Shown here piece after piece: positions 13,344 through 21,699 of a DNA stretch of 32,000 bases (positions are counted from its first letter, which is position 1; each line of letters starts with the position of its first letter). The stretch comes from a virus. Both the position numbers and the translations under genes were made by a program. The stretch is taken from the IMG/VR virus record IMGVR_UViG_3300017971_000185, positions 288,694 to 320,693 of that record; one strand, 5' to 3'. A model generated the notes under the pieces. The model had not been told where the DNA came from and ran no database searches. It worked only from the letters and a program-made list of their open reading frames with translations.

Positions 13344-14243
13344 CTAGGTTTTCCGTAGCAGCTCACGGAGCGCTTTTCCGGGTGGGGGTTCTACTGTCTC
13401 GGCGCGCAGCGAGGGATCGAGACGCAACCAGACAGTTTCGTAGACAAAGGCGATGAGCTTTTCAAGCTCTGCCTCCTTCACTCCCGTTGCTTTGTCTACC
13501 AGGGTTTCGATGGGTGTCCGCTCGGATGCCAGGCGACAACCCATGAGGCTGTCAAACTCGCGGAGGAAACCTTCGTTCTTGAGGCAGAGGCGAATGCAGG
13601 TTTCGAACGTGATCATGCTATTCGGTGTTTCCGGGCGCCTACTCGGTATCGGAGGGTGCCATAGGGTTGGTGGATGCGGCCGGCTCTCTAGCCGTTTGAC
13701 GGAGCTTTCCAGAGCGCGGCCGATGCTGTTGCTGAGTTTTCGAGTGCCGCGCCACCATCGCTCGGGATCGGTGAGATGGTTGTAAAAGAAGTGGTGTGCG
13801 ATGTCTACGTCCCACAGCAGGTCGGGCTCGTCGCGGAGAATAGCGACTACGAGATCATCGAGTTTCTCCTTCGCGGCCTTGCAGCGAAGGTCTAGCTGCC
13901 ACACTTCTCGCACGGCGGGTGCGTGACGGACGAGCGAATCGAGGAAGCGTTCTCCACGTTCGCGACGGAGGATTGGGTGGTGTGCTAGCTCATCGGGATC
14001 GGTAGGCACGGTGACGAGATGGTCAACGACTTTGAGAAACCCATCTTCGATGAGTGCGGTGCTGCAATCGTAGAGGGGAGCGAGTCCGTGGGTGGGGAAG
14101 CGGGTTGTGAAGTACCAGCGCTTCTTGCCCAGGTGGATCACTCGGTCGCCGGGGCTCACGACGCAGCTATCGAAGTCCGTGGCGACTTCAATCACGTCGC
14201 CGACCCGGAGCGGCGGGATCTCTGTGTCGGTGGTCGTTGTCAC
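13344..14243 (-). CDS. hypothetical protein (~299 aa from GTG 14243)
   Basis: ORF track 13344..14315. The first 24 aa are R/H-rich noise. GTG at 14243 is in a GTGA overlap with the upstream mini-ORF stop. Confidence 0.65.
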   Translation of the reverse strand: MTTTTDTEIPPLRVGDVIEVATDFDSCVVSPGDRVIHLGKKRWYFTTRFPTHGLAPLYDCSTALIEDGFLKVVDHLVTVPTDPDELAHHPILRRERGERFLDSLVRHAPAVREVWQLDLRCKAAKEKLDDLVVAILRDEPDLLWDVDIAHHFFYNHLTDPERWWRGTRKLSNSIGRALESSVKRLESRPHPPTLWHPPIPSRRPETPNSMITFETCIRLCLKNEGFLREFDSLMGCRLASERTPIETLVDKATGVKEAELEKLIAFVYETVWLRLDPSLRAETVEPPPGKALRELLRKT

Positions 14244-14335
14244 GCCATGCCTTCCACGGTGACGGTGAGACCGGAGATCTTGCCTCCTTCGTTGCGGCTG
14301 ATGGCACACCTGCATCCCCTTCTCTGCAACTCCAT
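14240..14335 (-). CDS. possible 31-aa mini-ORF (MELQRRGCRCAISRNEGGKISGLTVTVEGMA)
   Basis: This is the coding-looking tail of ORF 14240..14563. Coupled at both ends by overlaps. Confidence 0.3.
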   Translation of the reverse strand: MELQRRGCRCAISRNEGGKISGLTVTVEGMA

Positions 14336-14337
14336 GA

Positions 14338-14427
14338 TCAAGTCCTCGGTTGAGAAGCTGTCAGATCGAGTTTCCTTCGGCGTAGCTCGTCTACCAGTTG
14401 TTCGGCACGGTATTCGTGTAGTTTCAT
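14338..14427 (-). CDS. possible 29-aa mini-ORF (MKLHEYRAEQLVDELRRRKLDLTASQPRT)
   Basis: ATG at 14427 is in an ATGA overlap with the stop of 14424..14951. Below the ORF-track cutoff. Confidence 0.3.
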   Translation of the reverse strand: MKLHEYRAEQLVDELRRRKLDLTASQPRT

Positions 14428-14951
14428 GGATTACTCCGGGCCTTGTAGAAGGCACGCCAGCCGCCTTGCCAGCAGCAGAGGTCCAGTGGTGGGTCACGTC
14501 CATCTTTAGGCTCAGCGCCCCGCACGCCCATCGCCCAGGGATAGTTGATGAGGTCTTCGGCATTCATGCACTCGTAGATGGCTTCTTGCCGGGACTGTTC
14601 TTCCGCAAAGGCGTGACGCAAGCGTTCGGCGTTGGTGTACTTGCAGTAGTCTTGGTCGAGCCGGTCTTGAGCCACCATGCGTATCTCGGCGACGGTCATC
14701 TGGACTTCCTCGGCTCGTTCTTTCGCTGCCGCCCGACTCGTGACGATGTGCTTTGCCTCCCAACACGAGAACCTGAAGGAGTCTCCCTCACGATGGGAGA
14801 AGTGCCTGTTCCACCGCATCATGCACAATTCCATCTCTGCGCGGCTTTCGTCTCCGAAGGCAACGAGGTCTTTGTGCAGAACGTCCCAGCAGGTCGCTGG
14901 GCAGGAGAAGGAATTGAGCTTGAGCAAGAGGGGGAGGACTAGGGAGATCAT
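14424..14951 (-). CDS. hypothetical protein (175 aa)
   Basis: ORF track 14424..15032. ATG at 14951 (MISLVLPLL...) is in an ATGA overlap with the upstream stop. Confidence 0.65.
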   Translation of the reverse strand: MISLVLPLLLKLNSFSCPATCWDVLHKDLVAFGDESRAEMELCMMRWNRHFSHREGDSFRFSCWEAKHIVTSRAAAKERAEEVQMTVAEIRMVAQDRLDQDYCKYTNAERLRHAFAEEQSRQEAIYECMNAEDLINYPWAMGVRGAEPKDGRDPPLDLCCWQGGWRAFYKARSNP

Positions 14952-15247
14952 GGTATGTGTCCTGTCAGCTTCACGTATTCGTTGAAGTCTACGAGACCTT
15001 GCAACGCGATTGGGAATTTCTCCCGCACCCACGGATACTTGGTGAGGATGATGTGAGCGAGAGCGTCTTTGGTGTCTTGGATGCTACGTGTCTTCACTTC
15101 GCAGAGCAGGACAATGAGCTTTCCTTGCCATCTGCCTGCCGTTTGGATTCCAAGCTCGACGTTGCCGATGTAGGCACCGCACTCCTCGACTTGCAGCGTG
15201 TCGGGATCGATCACGAGGCAGAATTGCCAGTGGGTTCGGTCAGTCAT
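14948..15247 (-). CDS. hypothetical protein (99 aa)
   Basis: ORF track. Protein-like. Confidence 0.65.
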   Translation of the reverse strand: MTDRTHWQFCLVIDPDTLQVEECGAYIGNVELGIQTAGRWQGKLIVLLCEVKTRSIQDTKDALAHIILTKYPWVREKFPIALQGLVDFNEYVKLTGHIP

Positions 15248-15271
15248 GGTTCTCTGAGGTTGGGTTTGTGG

Positions 15272-15577
15272 TCAGCCCTCTTCTCCCCATATCTGTCCGG
15301 TCACGTAGTCAACGCCCAAGCAGTCTTGGATCGTCTCACGAAGGACACCGTGGACGTTGGGGCAGAAGTCGTTTCGGATGCGTTGGCACACCTGGCACGT
15401 TCGAAACTCCATCCAATAACCGTCCCACTTGCCACGGACGTGCTCGTGTTGTTCACCGATGGTGATGGTCTCTCCGCACTCGGAACAAAGATGTTCCTTG
15501 CGAGCCCTGGGATGTCTTGTGCGGCAGACTTCTGGCCAGGGTTCGTCATTGGAGCAGAAGCAGGAACATTCCATCAT
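15272..15577 (-). CDS. Cys-rich zinc-binding protein (101 aa)
   Basis: ORF track 15272..15742. ATG at 15577 (MMECSCFCSNDEPW...) is in an ATGA overlap. Motifs CSEC...CQVC. Confidence 0.6.
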   Translation of the reverse strand: MMECSCFCSNDEPWPEVCRTRHPRARKEHLCSECGETITIGEQHEHVRGKWDGYWMEFRTCQVCQRIRNDFCPNVHGVLRETIQDCLGVDYVTGQIWGEEG

Positions 15578-15711
15578 GGGTCCTCGTGAGAACGTCGGGT
15601 TCGCCGTCGTGTTACCCAATCGTCTGCCTTGGCCGCCAACCGGACGCCACACCAAACTCCCAGGACTCCGAGGGTGGCTACGAGCCCGAGGAAAATCCAT
15701 GTCTCGGTCAT
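15574..15711 (-). CDS. small single-TM protein (45 aa)
   Basis: Below the cutoff. MTETWIFLGLVATLGVLGVWCGVRLAAKADDWVTRRRTRRSHEDP. ATGA overlaps at both ends. Confidence 0.45.
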   Translation of the reverse strand: MTETWIFLGLVATLGVLGVWCGVRLAAKADDWVTRRRTRRSHEDP

Positions 15712-16121
15712 GGAGTTTCGCTCCGGGGTGGCATTGTTTCATCGCAGGCGGCGAACCATTGCTTCAGCTTGGCTTCATCTTCGCCGTTGAGTCTTTCTCC
15801 GCTTCGCACAGTGCAGGCAAGGAACGCGACCATCTCTCGACCTTGCCGCAGGACTTCTTCCAAGCTGGCGATCGAGCCACGTAGGTTGTCTAGCTCTTCG
15901 CCGCATAGCTCGCATTCACAACCGATGTCGTCGCACGTGTCCACGCGGGGAGACTTCATGATCTCCTGCATGGTCTCGACACGGGCGCTCAGGTCGATGA
16001 CGCCTTGGGCGAGTTTTGCCACGGTTTCCATCGGCGGTGGTCCGTGTAGCGTCAGGGTGAGAACGTCGGTCGCGAGTTGTTTCACGCCAGGGTCTGGTTG
16101 GCCGGGTAGGACTTGCGGCAT
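15708..16121 (-). CDS. hypothetical protein (137 aa), first gene of the minus-strand chain
   Basis: ORF track. Protein-like. Confidence 0.65.
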   Translation of the reverse strand: MPQVLPGQPDPGVKQLATDVLTLTLHGPPPMETVAKLAQGVIDLSARVETMQEIMKSPRVDTCDDIGCECELCGEELDNLRGSIASLEEVLRQGREMVAFLACTVRSGERLNGEDEAKLKQWFAACDETMPPRSETP

Positions 16122-16198
16122 GTATAGAGCCTACTCCATTTGAACCTTGCGTGAGACGCGCGTTCCTAACCGAGCTATTTGTGGGGTAGGTAGAGATA

Positions 16199-16369
16199 GT
16201 GAAGATTCCGAAAACCGTCACCTACGTGTGTCGACATTGCCAGCAGCCGGTAGACGAGAGCGATCGATTTTGTCGTAACTGTGGGGCTCCGTGGGGCAGG
16301 GACGGGGTGCCTTATGATGAGCTTTACCGGATGGTCAAGTCCGATGAGCCCGACAGGGAAGGTGCATGA
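16199..16369 (+). CDS. small zinc-ribbon protein (56 aa)
   Basis: Below the cutoff. GTG at 16199. Sequence KIPKTVTYVCRHCQQPVDESDRFCRNCGAPW.... Its stop overlaps the next ATG (ATGA). Confidence 0.5.
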   Translation: MKIPKTVTYVCRHCQQPVDESDRFCRNCGAPWGRDGVPYDELYRMVKSDEPDREGA

Positions 16370-16650
16370 GGGCCGTCACCATAGCCCGAAAGCCCATGAA
16401 AGGAGCGATTGCTCAGAATGCGATCGAGTATGGGTGTGGAGCGCTCAACGTGGACGGTTGTAGAATCCCTGGTGTCAAGCAAGCAACAGCCGGTCGTAGA
16501 ACGGTGAGATGGGGTGTTGGGGAAGGCGGATGCTCGTATGAGAAGGGGACAGGAGCACTCTTTTCCAACGAGGGACGTTGGCCTGCCAATCTGATCCTGC
16601 TTTCGGGCGGGCGCACGGCGTCTCGATTCTTCAAACAGGTAAAACCATGA
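16366..16650 (+). CDS. orphan fragment homologous to the middle region of N4/N6 DNA methyltransferases (94 aa)
   Basis: IARKPMKGAIAQNAIEYGCGALNVDGCRI...GRWPANLIL...ASRFF follows the pattern (ARKP..tva.Nv...G.GaLNid.cRi...GRwPaNv....srFF) that lies between the DPPY and FxGxG motifs of phage-type MTases. Neither catalytic motif is present in this ORF. Confidence 0.6.
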   Translation: MRAVTIARKPMKGAIAQNAIEYGCGALNVDGCRIPGVKQATAGRRTVRWGVGEGGCSYEKGTGALFSNEGRWPANLILLSGGRTASRFFKQVKP

Positions 16651-17102
16651 GTCTACACGAACGATATCCGCTTGTCTTTTCCCAGGGGCCTGCGGCGGTA
16701 CAGCACGAGTTTGGATGGAGTGCCTTGCTTGATCGGGCATGCGCCACGATCGAGAATGTGCTTTTGCGGCTACCGGAAGAGGATCGCCAGTACTACCACA
16801 TGGCATACACCAAGGAGAAGTACGGTGGTCTGGTGCTCGTGTTTCACTCTCCGACTCCGCCCTGGGGAGGGGACAAACGCTACCCGGCGCGAGAGGCTGG
16901 TCCGGGCTACGACCCGGCCGTGTGCGATGCGATCGAGAAGATCATCAAGGCGACCGAGCACGAGAGCTACACGATCTGTGAGAGTTGCGGAAAGCCAGGG
17001 GAGCTACGCATGTACTCTTGGTGTCGGACCCACTGTGAAGACTGCTTCGACCCGAGGGCGGTTTGCCCCGAAGCCTGGGAAGGCATGATTCGGATCTGCT
17101 GA
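16647..17102 (+). CDS. hypothetical protein with C-terminal zinc ribbon (151 aa)
   Basis: ORF track 16578..17102. ATG at 16647 is in an ATGA overlap. Motifs CESC...CEDC. Confidence 0.6.
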   Translation: MSLHERYPLVFSQGPAAVQHEFGWSALLDRACATIENVLLRLPEEDRQYYHMAYTKEKYGGLVLVFHSPTPPWGGDKRYPAREAGPGYDPAVCDAIEKIIKATEHESYTICESCGKPGELRMYSWCRTHCEDCFDPRAVCPEAWEGMIRIC

Positions 17103-17109
17103 GGAGGGG

Positions 17110-17274
17110 ATGATGGACAAGTGTCGATGTTGTGGAAGTCAACGAACCCAGGTGTGGTGGAGAGCGCGTGACACCTTTCGGACACGAACGGGCCGCATGA
17201 TTGCGGGCGACTCGTATGCGGTTGTTTGGTGTCCTGACTGCAAGAGCGTGGAGCGGCGCTACCTAGGCTTGTAG
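17110..17274 (+). CDS. small zinc-ribbon protein (54 aa)
   Basis: Below the cutoff. GGAGG (17103-17107) lies just upstream of ATG 17110. Motifs CRCC...CPDC. Confidence 0.45.
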   Translation: MMDKCRCCGSQRTQVWWRARDTFRTRTGRMIAGDSYAVVWCPDCKSVERRYLGL

Positions 17275-17664
17275 CACGCTGGCTACAAACTGCCTGATCG
17301 CGTTCTCCACGGCTGGGAGCGGCATGTCAACTTGCTGTTCTTTGACCAAGTCCTTGGTGCCGTCCGAGCACGTCATGAGGTAGGAGACTTTCAGCGTGGG
17401 CGTCCATCGCGTCGCGTCTTCCATCGTGAAGGCGAGGTAGAGCCGCAGCGTCGCTGGGCGTTTGTGGAAGAAGAACACGATCTTGTTTTGACGACGCGGA
17501 TTCCAGTACTTCGGCGGCCCGGATTGAAAGAAGTCACCTTGTGGGATCTTGCCCCAGCCAGTCAGAGCGTTGCCCTCCACACCAGCTTTCTTCAACGCAT
17601 CCTCCAGCGAGGCCGCGAAGGCAGCCTGCGTCTCGTTGTAGGGCTTGTTGGACATCCCGCTCAT
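17263..17664 (-). CDS. hypothetical protein (133 aa)
   Basis: ORF track. Protein-like. Confidence 0.65.
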   Translation of the reverse strand: MSGMSNKPYNETQAAFAASLEDALKKAGVEGNALTGWGKIPQGDFFQSGPPKYWNPRRQNKIVFFFHKRPATLRLYLAFTMEDATRWTPTLKVSYLMTCSDGTKDLVKEQQVDMPLPAVENAIRQFVASVLQA

Positions 17665-17685
17665 TGGAGGGAAATCATAGCCTGG

Positions 17686-18000
17686 CTAACGGAGTCGCTT
17701 GTACTTCCTGACGGTGTAGGGGCTGACGCCTAGGCGACAGGCGATCTGTCTCGATGAGCCAGAGGCGGCGGCGATCTTCTTCTGCGTCTGGGCAGAGACC
17801 AGATGGCGGAATCCGCGTTTCAAGGTAGCATCGGCAATTTGTCCACAGGTTCCGCAGAGACGCAGCAGGTACTCTTCGCCTCTGCCGATGATGATGCAGT
17901 ACCCAACCGGATCTCTGGGGCACACGGAACATGATAACCGGCGGTCAAAGGTCCACGGGAAGAACCCGAGGTACGTGAAGCCGTCGAGCGAAGTGCTCAC
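17686..18000 (-). CDS. zinc-ribbon plus C-terminal HTH DNA-binding protein (104 aa)
   Basis: Motifs CSVC...CGTC, followed by the HTH-like segment KIAAASGSSRQIACRLGVSPYTVRKY. GTG start in a GTGA overlap. Confidence 0.6.
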   Translation of the reverse strand: MSTSLDGFTYLGFFPWTFDRRLSCSVCPRDPVGYCIIIGRGEEYLLRLCGTCGQIADATLKRGFRHLVSAQTQKKIAAASGSSRQIACRLGVSPYTVRKYKRLR

Positions 18001-18314
18001 TTGCTGGTTGCTTTCTCGGCCACCGTCTCGACGGCTGCTTCGGAGATAGGAAACTCACCCTGCATCTGCCCACAGTCGAGGCAGTATTCGAAGTCCACGT
18101 AGTCTCCGCCGCCGATGCCAACGTTCTCGGGAGCGTAGTCGTTGAGGCAAATACCTGACCGATCCTGCGCATAGCCCGTCGAGTTTAGCGAACCGCCGGC
18201 AGATCGCCAAAAGACGCTCAGCCCCGTAGGACATGTTGTTTGCCATGTGCAGCGGTCGCTTGTCTTGGCGCCGACTGACGCGATGCGGTTACTGTTACAT
18301 CGTTGACAACTCAT
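17997..18314 (-). CDS. zinc-ribbon protein (105 aa)
   Basis: ORF track. Motifs CQRC...CLDC. Confidence 0.6.
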   Translation of the reverse strand: MSCQRCNSNRIASVGAKTSDRCTWQTTCPTGLSVFWRSAGGSLNSTGYAQDRSGICLNDYAPENVGIGGGDYVDFEYCLDCGQMQGEFPISEAAVETVAEKATSK

Positions 18315-18352
18315 TCTCTAGTCTCCGTTTCAGTGCTTCCATGCAGCCATAC

Positions 18353-18712
18353 TCAGTTGACGATGGTTGGGTCTTCGCCTGTGACTCTCCAGTTGTTGGT
18401 GATCCACACGACGCCAATCTCGCCGTCCCATGGTCTCACGTCACGCCAGACGTTTTCGGGCGGCACTTCAATCTTGGAGGCCAGATCATCGAGATGCTCC
18501 ATTGCCTCTTTTAGGGTGGGTGATCCCGTCGTGTGGTGTAGTCTCGACTTGAGCCGTACGGCTGTCACTTCTTTCCAATCGGGAACGGGGCCGGGCATCG
18601 GCTTTTCTTCGAAGAAAGCTACGTGGTAGGTGTTGGCTTTGACGTTGTGGAGGACACAAAGGACATCTAGGGGGCCGCCAATGAATGTTCCGTTGCCGTT
18701 GTCGATCAGCAT
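18353..18712 (-). CDS. hypothetical protein (119 aa)
   Basis: ORF track. First gene of this minus-strand block. Confidence 0.65.
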   Translation of the reverse strand: MLIDNGNGTFIGGPLDVLCVLHNVKANTYHVAFFEEKPMPGPVPDWKEVTAVRLKSRLHHTTGSPTLKEAMEHLDDLASKIEVPPENVWRDVRPWDGEIGVVWITNNWRVTGEDPTIVN

Positions 18713-19048
18713 AAAATGCTCCTCTTGCTCCTACTACGCGAGATTCGGTCCAGAGTTTACACACCTGTCGAATTAGGCCGCAAGAAGCCCCGTGGTGGCC
18801 TTTTTGAACCAGGAAACTCCCCTTTGCCAATTTCTCAATTCCCTGCTCCAGCGGGGCAAGATAAGCATTGGATCGGGTCAGATACTATCTTTCCTGCGGT
18901 GTGCTGCAAAGTGGGGGTTTCTCGCTCGCGGCGAGATCGGTGAAAAACCCTTTGTTGGGATATGAAACCCTGGCCGTGTCCGAATTCGGGAAGTTATCGC
19001 CCTGAGCGTTGCGGTTTCCAACCCCGATTGGTCGCTTTCGTGTAGCAT

Positions 19049-19297
19049 GTGGGTGTGGATCATTCGGAGGCCCACATTCGGCTCAATCGGTTGCTCGACG
19101 GCACCTTCTGTGGAGCGACTACAGAGGAGCGGCGACTGGAGGGCGTTCTCTTGTGTGCAGTGTCGGTCACACGGTGGCCGAAGCTTACGCAGATCTTGAA
19201 GTCACCCAAGGTCGTGTACAAGGCGAGCCATTCGACGTGGGAGGATGCCTACGAAGCGTTCGCGGCGTGGGTCGAGGCTGAGTTGCCTGGGGTATAG
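19049..19297 (+). CDS. hypothetical protein (82 aa)
   Basis: ORF track (GTG start). Third codon positions are mostly G/C. The C-terminus is STWEDAYEAFAAWVEAE. The competing ORF 19009..19281 is G/R-rich. Confidence 0.45.
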   Translation: MGVDHSEAHIRLNRLLDGTFCGATTEERRLEGVLLCAVSVTRWPKLTQILKSPKVVYKASHSTWEDAYEAFAAWVEAELPGV

Positions 19298-19303
19298 TGA
19301 AGC

Positions 19304-19801
19304 ATGGCCGAGAACGAGAAGGCTGGCGGGGACTACACTCCCCAGACACCAGAGGAGCGGAGACGCACCACGGTGGACATCGTGAGGCGCGGCCTGGAGG
19401 AGTGCGGCAATCTCAAGTGGTCACACTACGCGGACTTGATGATCCGGCGGGATGGCAAAGACATCCATGTAGAGGCTGACTGGCTCAAGTACGTCGAGGA
19501 CGTGTGTCCCGAAGTCAAGCCGGGTGAGCGGGAGCGTTGTGTGATTTCGGATCTTCCGCCGGGCACGCTGTTTCTCGATAAGGGGGAGCGCCACGTGCTG
19601 ATCGACAACTCCTCTTACGCGATTCATCGTTTGACTGAGGCGATGTATTGGCCGACTGTGCGGTTGCGGGATGGAGAGGTAGTCCTCTTTCTTTATCCCG
19701 ACACGGAAGTCGAGATCCTAGAGAAGCCCGTGGAGCCCAAGGCGGTCGTCGCAGAAGAAGAAACAACCGTCATGGCAGCACCCCATGACGGAACGGACTG
19801 A
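19304..19801 (+). CDS. hypothetical protein (165 aa)
   Basis: ORF track. Protein-like. Confidence 0.65.
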   Translation: MAENEKAGGDYTPQTPEERRRTTVDIVRRGLEECGNLKWSHYADLMIRRDGKDIHVEADWLKYVEDVCPEVKPGERERCVISDLPPGTLFLDKGERHVLIDNSSYAIHRLTEAMYWPTVRLRDGEVVLFLYPDTEVEILEKPVEPKAVVAEEETTVMAAPHDGTD

Positions 19802-20258
19802 GACAGAGGCTCTCTGGGAGCAGCTACGCCAAGCGTGGGGAGACATCCGATCGCTTGAGGAACGGCTCCTCATAGCCGAAGCCCAGAAGTCTGATGAGGA
19901 AAGTCGTGTAGAGATCTCGCGCGCAGAGGAGACGCTGCGGATGCCGATGGGGAAGGTGCGGGGTTGTATGGTCCAGTGCTTTGAGCAGATCACCCGATAC
20001 CGCACGCATGATGTTCGGCAGTGCTTCGTTGTCGCGATTCCTGGCCGTACTTCCGAGCAGCCTCCCAAGGCGATCCAGGTCACCAAGGAGGATACCTGGG
20101 AGAAGGCTGTTGCGGCGGCGGAGAAGTGGCTAGCTGAGACGGAGCCCGTGAAGCGAGAGCTTTCGGAAGAGGTCGCCGCGGTGGAGAAGCGGCAAGGCGA
20201 GAAACGAGAGCTTTCGGAAGAGGAGCTAGCTCCTCTGGCTTGGCACGTCCAGCGCTAG
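19785..20258 (+). CDS. hypothetical protein (157 aa) with duplicated KRELSEE unit
   Basis: ORF track. The 19-bp exact repeat cgagagctttcggaagagg occurs at 20154 and 20205. Confidence 0.6.
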   Translation: MTERTETEALWEQLRQAWGDIRSLEERLLIAEAQKSDEESRVEISRAEETLRMPMGKVRGCMVQCFEQITRYRTHDVRQCFVVAIPGRTSEQPPKAIQVTKEDTWEKAVAAAEKWLAETEPVKRELSEEVAAVEKRQGEKRELSEEELAPLAWHVQR

Positions 20259-20935
20259 TCCCAATCTAGGCGAACGGGATCGCCTGGCTTCCAGGTCGCC
20301 TGGTACGCTTTGAGAGCGGCGGGCCGTGGGTCTTTGGGGAAGTCGGGTTGATGTTCCGACTTCGCGAACAGATCTTTCCAAGAGATGCGGCCGAGGAGAG
20401 GCAGAGTTTCTGTCTTCGTAAGCGCAAAGGCTGGGTAGTGCCTTGTCTGTCGCACATCGTACCAGTGGGCTTTGAGATACTCCTGGCTGTTGTGCCAATA
20501 GATTTCGTCTTGATACCGAGGAGCGGGGGACATGGGTTTGCCATCTTTGTAGAGAAAGTCGGAGTGCAGCCCTGCGTGAAGTTGCCATTGACGATGACGT
20601 TGTTTGGCGAAAAGATCAGGCGTCAGTTGTCGAATGTCGAAAATTCGTGGCTGGTTTTCGTTCATCTTCTCATCGTACTTGCGTTCGATGCGGTCCCAGA
20701 TGTTCTCCGCGTCCTCCTCATCGAGCAGGTCATCGATCAAGGTTTCTAGCTCTCGCCAACGAGGCTTGAGATTCCAGCTTCCCATCTGCTCGGAGGCATC
20801 GAGGTAGACAGGCTGCCCGTCGAGAAGGCCGATTCCTGTGACCATCCCGTCGTAGCTTCCCTCGCGCCAGAGAAGGAGAATACGGCCGGGCTCGATGTCT
20901 GATCGGTCGAATGTCTCCTTTACGCTAGTCATCAT
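20255..20935 (-). CDS. hypothetical protein (226 aa)
   Basis: ORF track. Protein-like, W/D/E-rich. Confidence 0.7.
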   Translation of the reverse strand: MMTSVKETFDRSDIEPGRILLLWREGSYDGMVTGIGLLDGQPVYLDASEQMGSWNLKPRWRELETLIDDLLDEEDAENIWDRIERKYDEKMNENQPRIFDIRQLTPDLFAKQRHRQWQLHAGLHSDFLYKDGKPMSPAPRYQDEIYWHNSQEYLKAHWYDVRQTRHYPAFALTKTETLPLLGRISWKDLFAKSEHQPDFPKDPRPAALKAYQATWKPGDPVRLDWD

Positions 20936-21359
20936 TCTCCCTTGACTCAGCGATTTCGCTGTCGAGCAGGCTTTTGATCTGTTGAATGAGATCCTCGGGG
21001 ATGTCTATCTTTCGATACCTGTCTTGCCAGCCGTGAAATTCATGCATGTAGCTGTACGTGCGGCCTTCGCCGACTTCCATGTAGAAAGGATCTGAGTAGA
21101 TCCTTCCTAGAGTAGTCTCGACGTAGGGCATGGCGAGAATGCCGGCGTCGGAACAACAGCCGCATGTGCGTCTCCACTCAAACTTGTTGCACTGGCTGTT
21201 AACCGTTGCGCTCTTGTACCGGATCGTGCCCCACCGATCTCGCTGAAAAGTGAGATCTGGAAACTCTTGTCTGAGCCGGTGAAGGCGCTCGTGCTCGGTC
21301 AGTCTTTTGGTTGCCTCTGCCTTGAGAGACGCGAGGTGTTCTTCCATTGAGTCAGGCAC
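20925..21359 (-). CDS. hypothetical protein (144 aa)
   Basis: ORF track. Protein-like. Confidence 0.65.
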   Translation of the reverse strand: MPDSMEEHLASLKAEATKRLTEHERLHRLRQEFPDLTFQRDRWGTIRYKSATVNSQCNKFEWRRTCGCCSDAGILAMPYVETTLGRIYSDPFYMEVGEGRTYSYMHEFHGWQDRYRKIDIPEDLIQQIKSLLDSEIAESRENDD

Positions 21360-21693
21360 AGGCGGACTCCTCTTCTTCGCGGAGATACTGTTGTCCCACG
21401 CACTCGGCGAGTTTGCGGTTGTGCTCCTCGGCGTCCCACTCGGTACACAATTTCTCGCGGCCTGTTTCTCTCATCGATCTGTTGTAGTCGCGGACGTGAG
21501 CGGGAGGATTCTTGCGGTGCAATCGTCCTCTGCCCCAAGCCCGAAGTGTGTAGAGACCCGTCACCACGTCGGCGTAGCGCCAGGGTGAGTAGTTACGGGC
21601 CTTGCAGAATTTCGTCCACTCGTCCCAAGAGGTACGGTGGAGTTTCTCGGCTGCGTGTATGTCGTCTACGAGTTTCTTGATGTCGATTTGCAT
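21352..21693 (-). CDS. hypothetical protein (113 aa)
   Basis: ORF track. Protein-like. Confidence 0.65.
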   Translation of the reverse strand: MQIDIKKLVDDIHAAEKLHRTSWDEWTKFCKARNYSPWRYADVVTGLYTLRAWGRGRLHRKNPPAHVRDYNRSMRETGREKLCTEWDAEEHNRKLAECVGQQYLREEEESACA

Positions 21694-21699
21694 GTTTCC

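Noticed and set aside
12551-13366. Single 271-aa ORF as listed in the track
   Set aside because: Its N-terminal 115 aa are R-rich and overlap, out of frame, the convincing 13018..13341 gene. The internal ATG at 13021 with an ATGA overlap gives a sensible 156-aa protein.
14019-14942. 307-aa plus-strand ORF (also 14957..15589 and 15517..16143)
   Set aside because: These lie opposite the tightly coupled minus-strand gene chain. Their composition is G/V/R/A-rich with no motifs, so I treat them as shadows.
18775-18806. Hairpin GGCCGC-N13-GTGGCC followed by TTTTT as an intrinsic terminator
   Set aside because: It lies in the divergent promoter gap between 18712(-) and 19049(+), where no plus-strand transcript is expected to end. 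The stem is short and includes a G-U pair.
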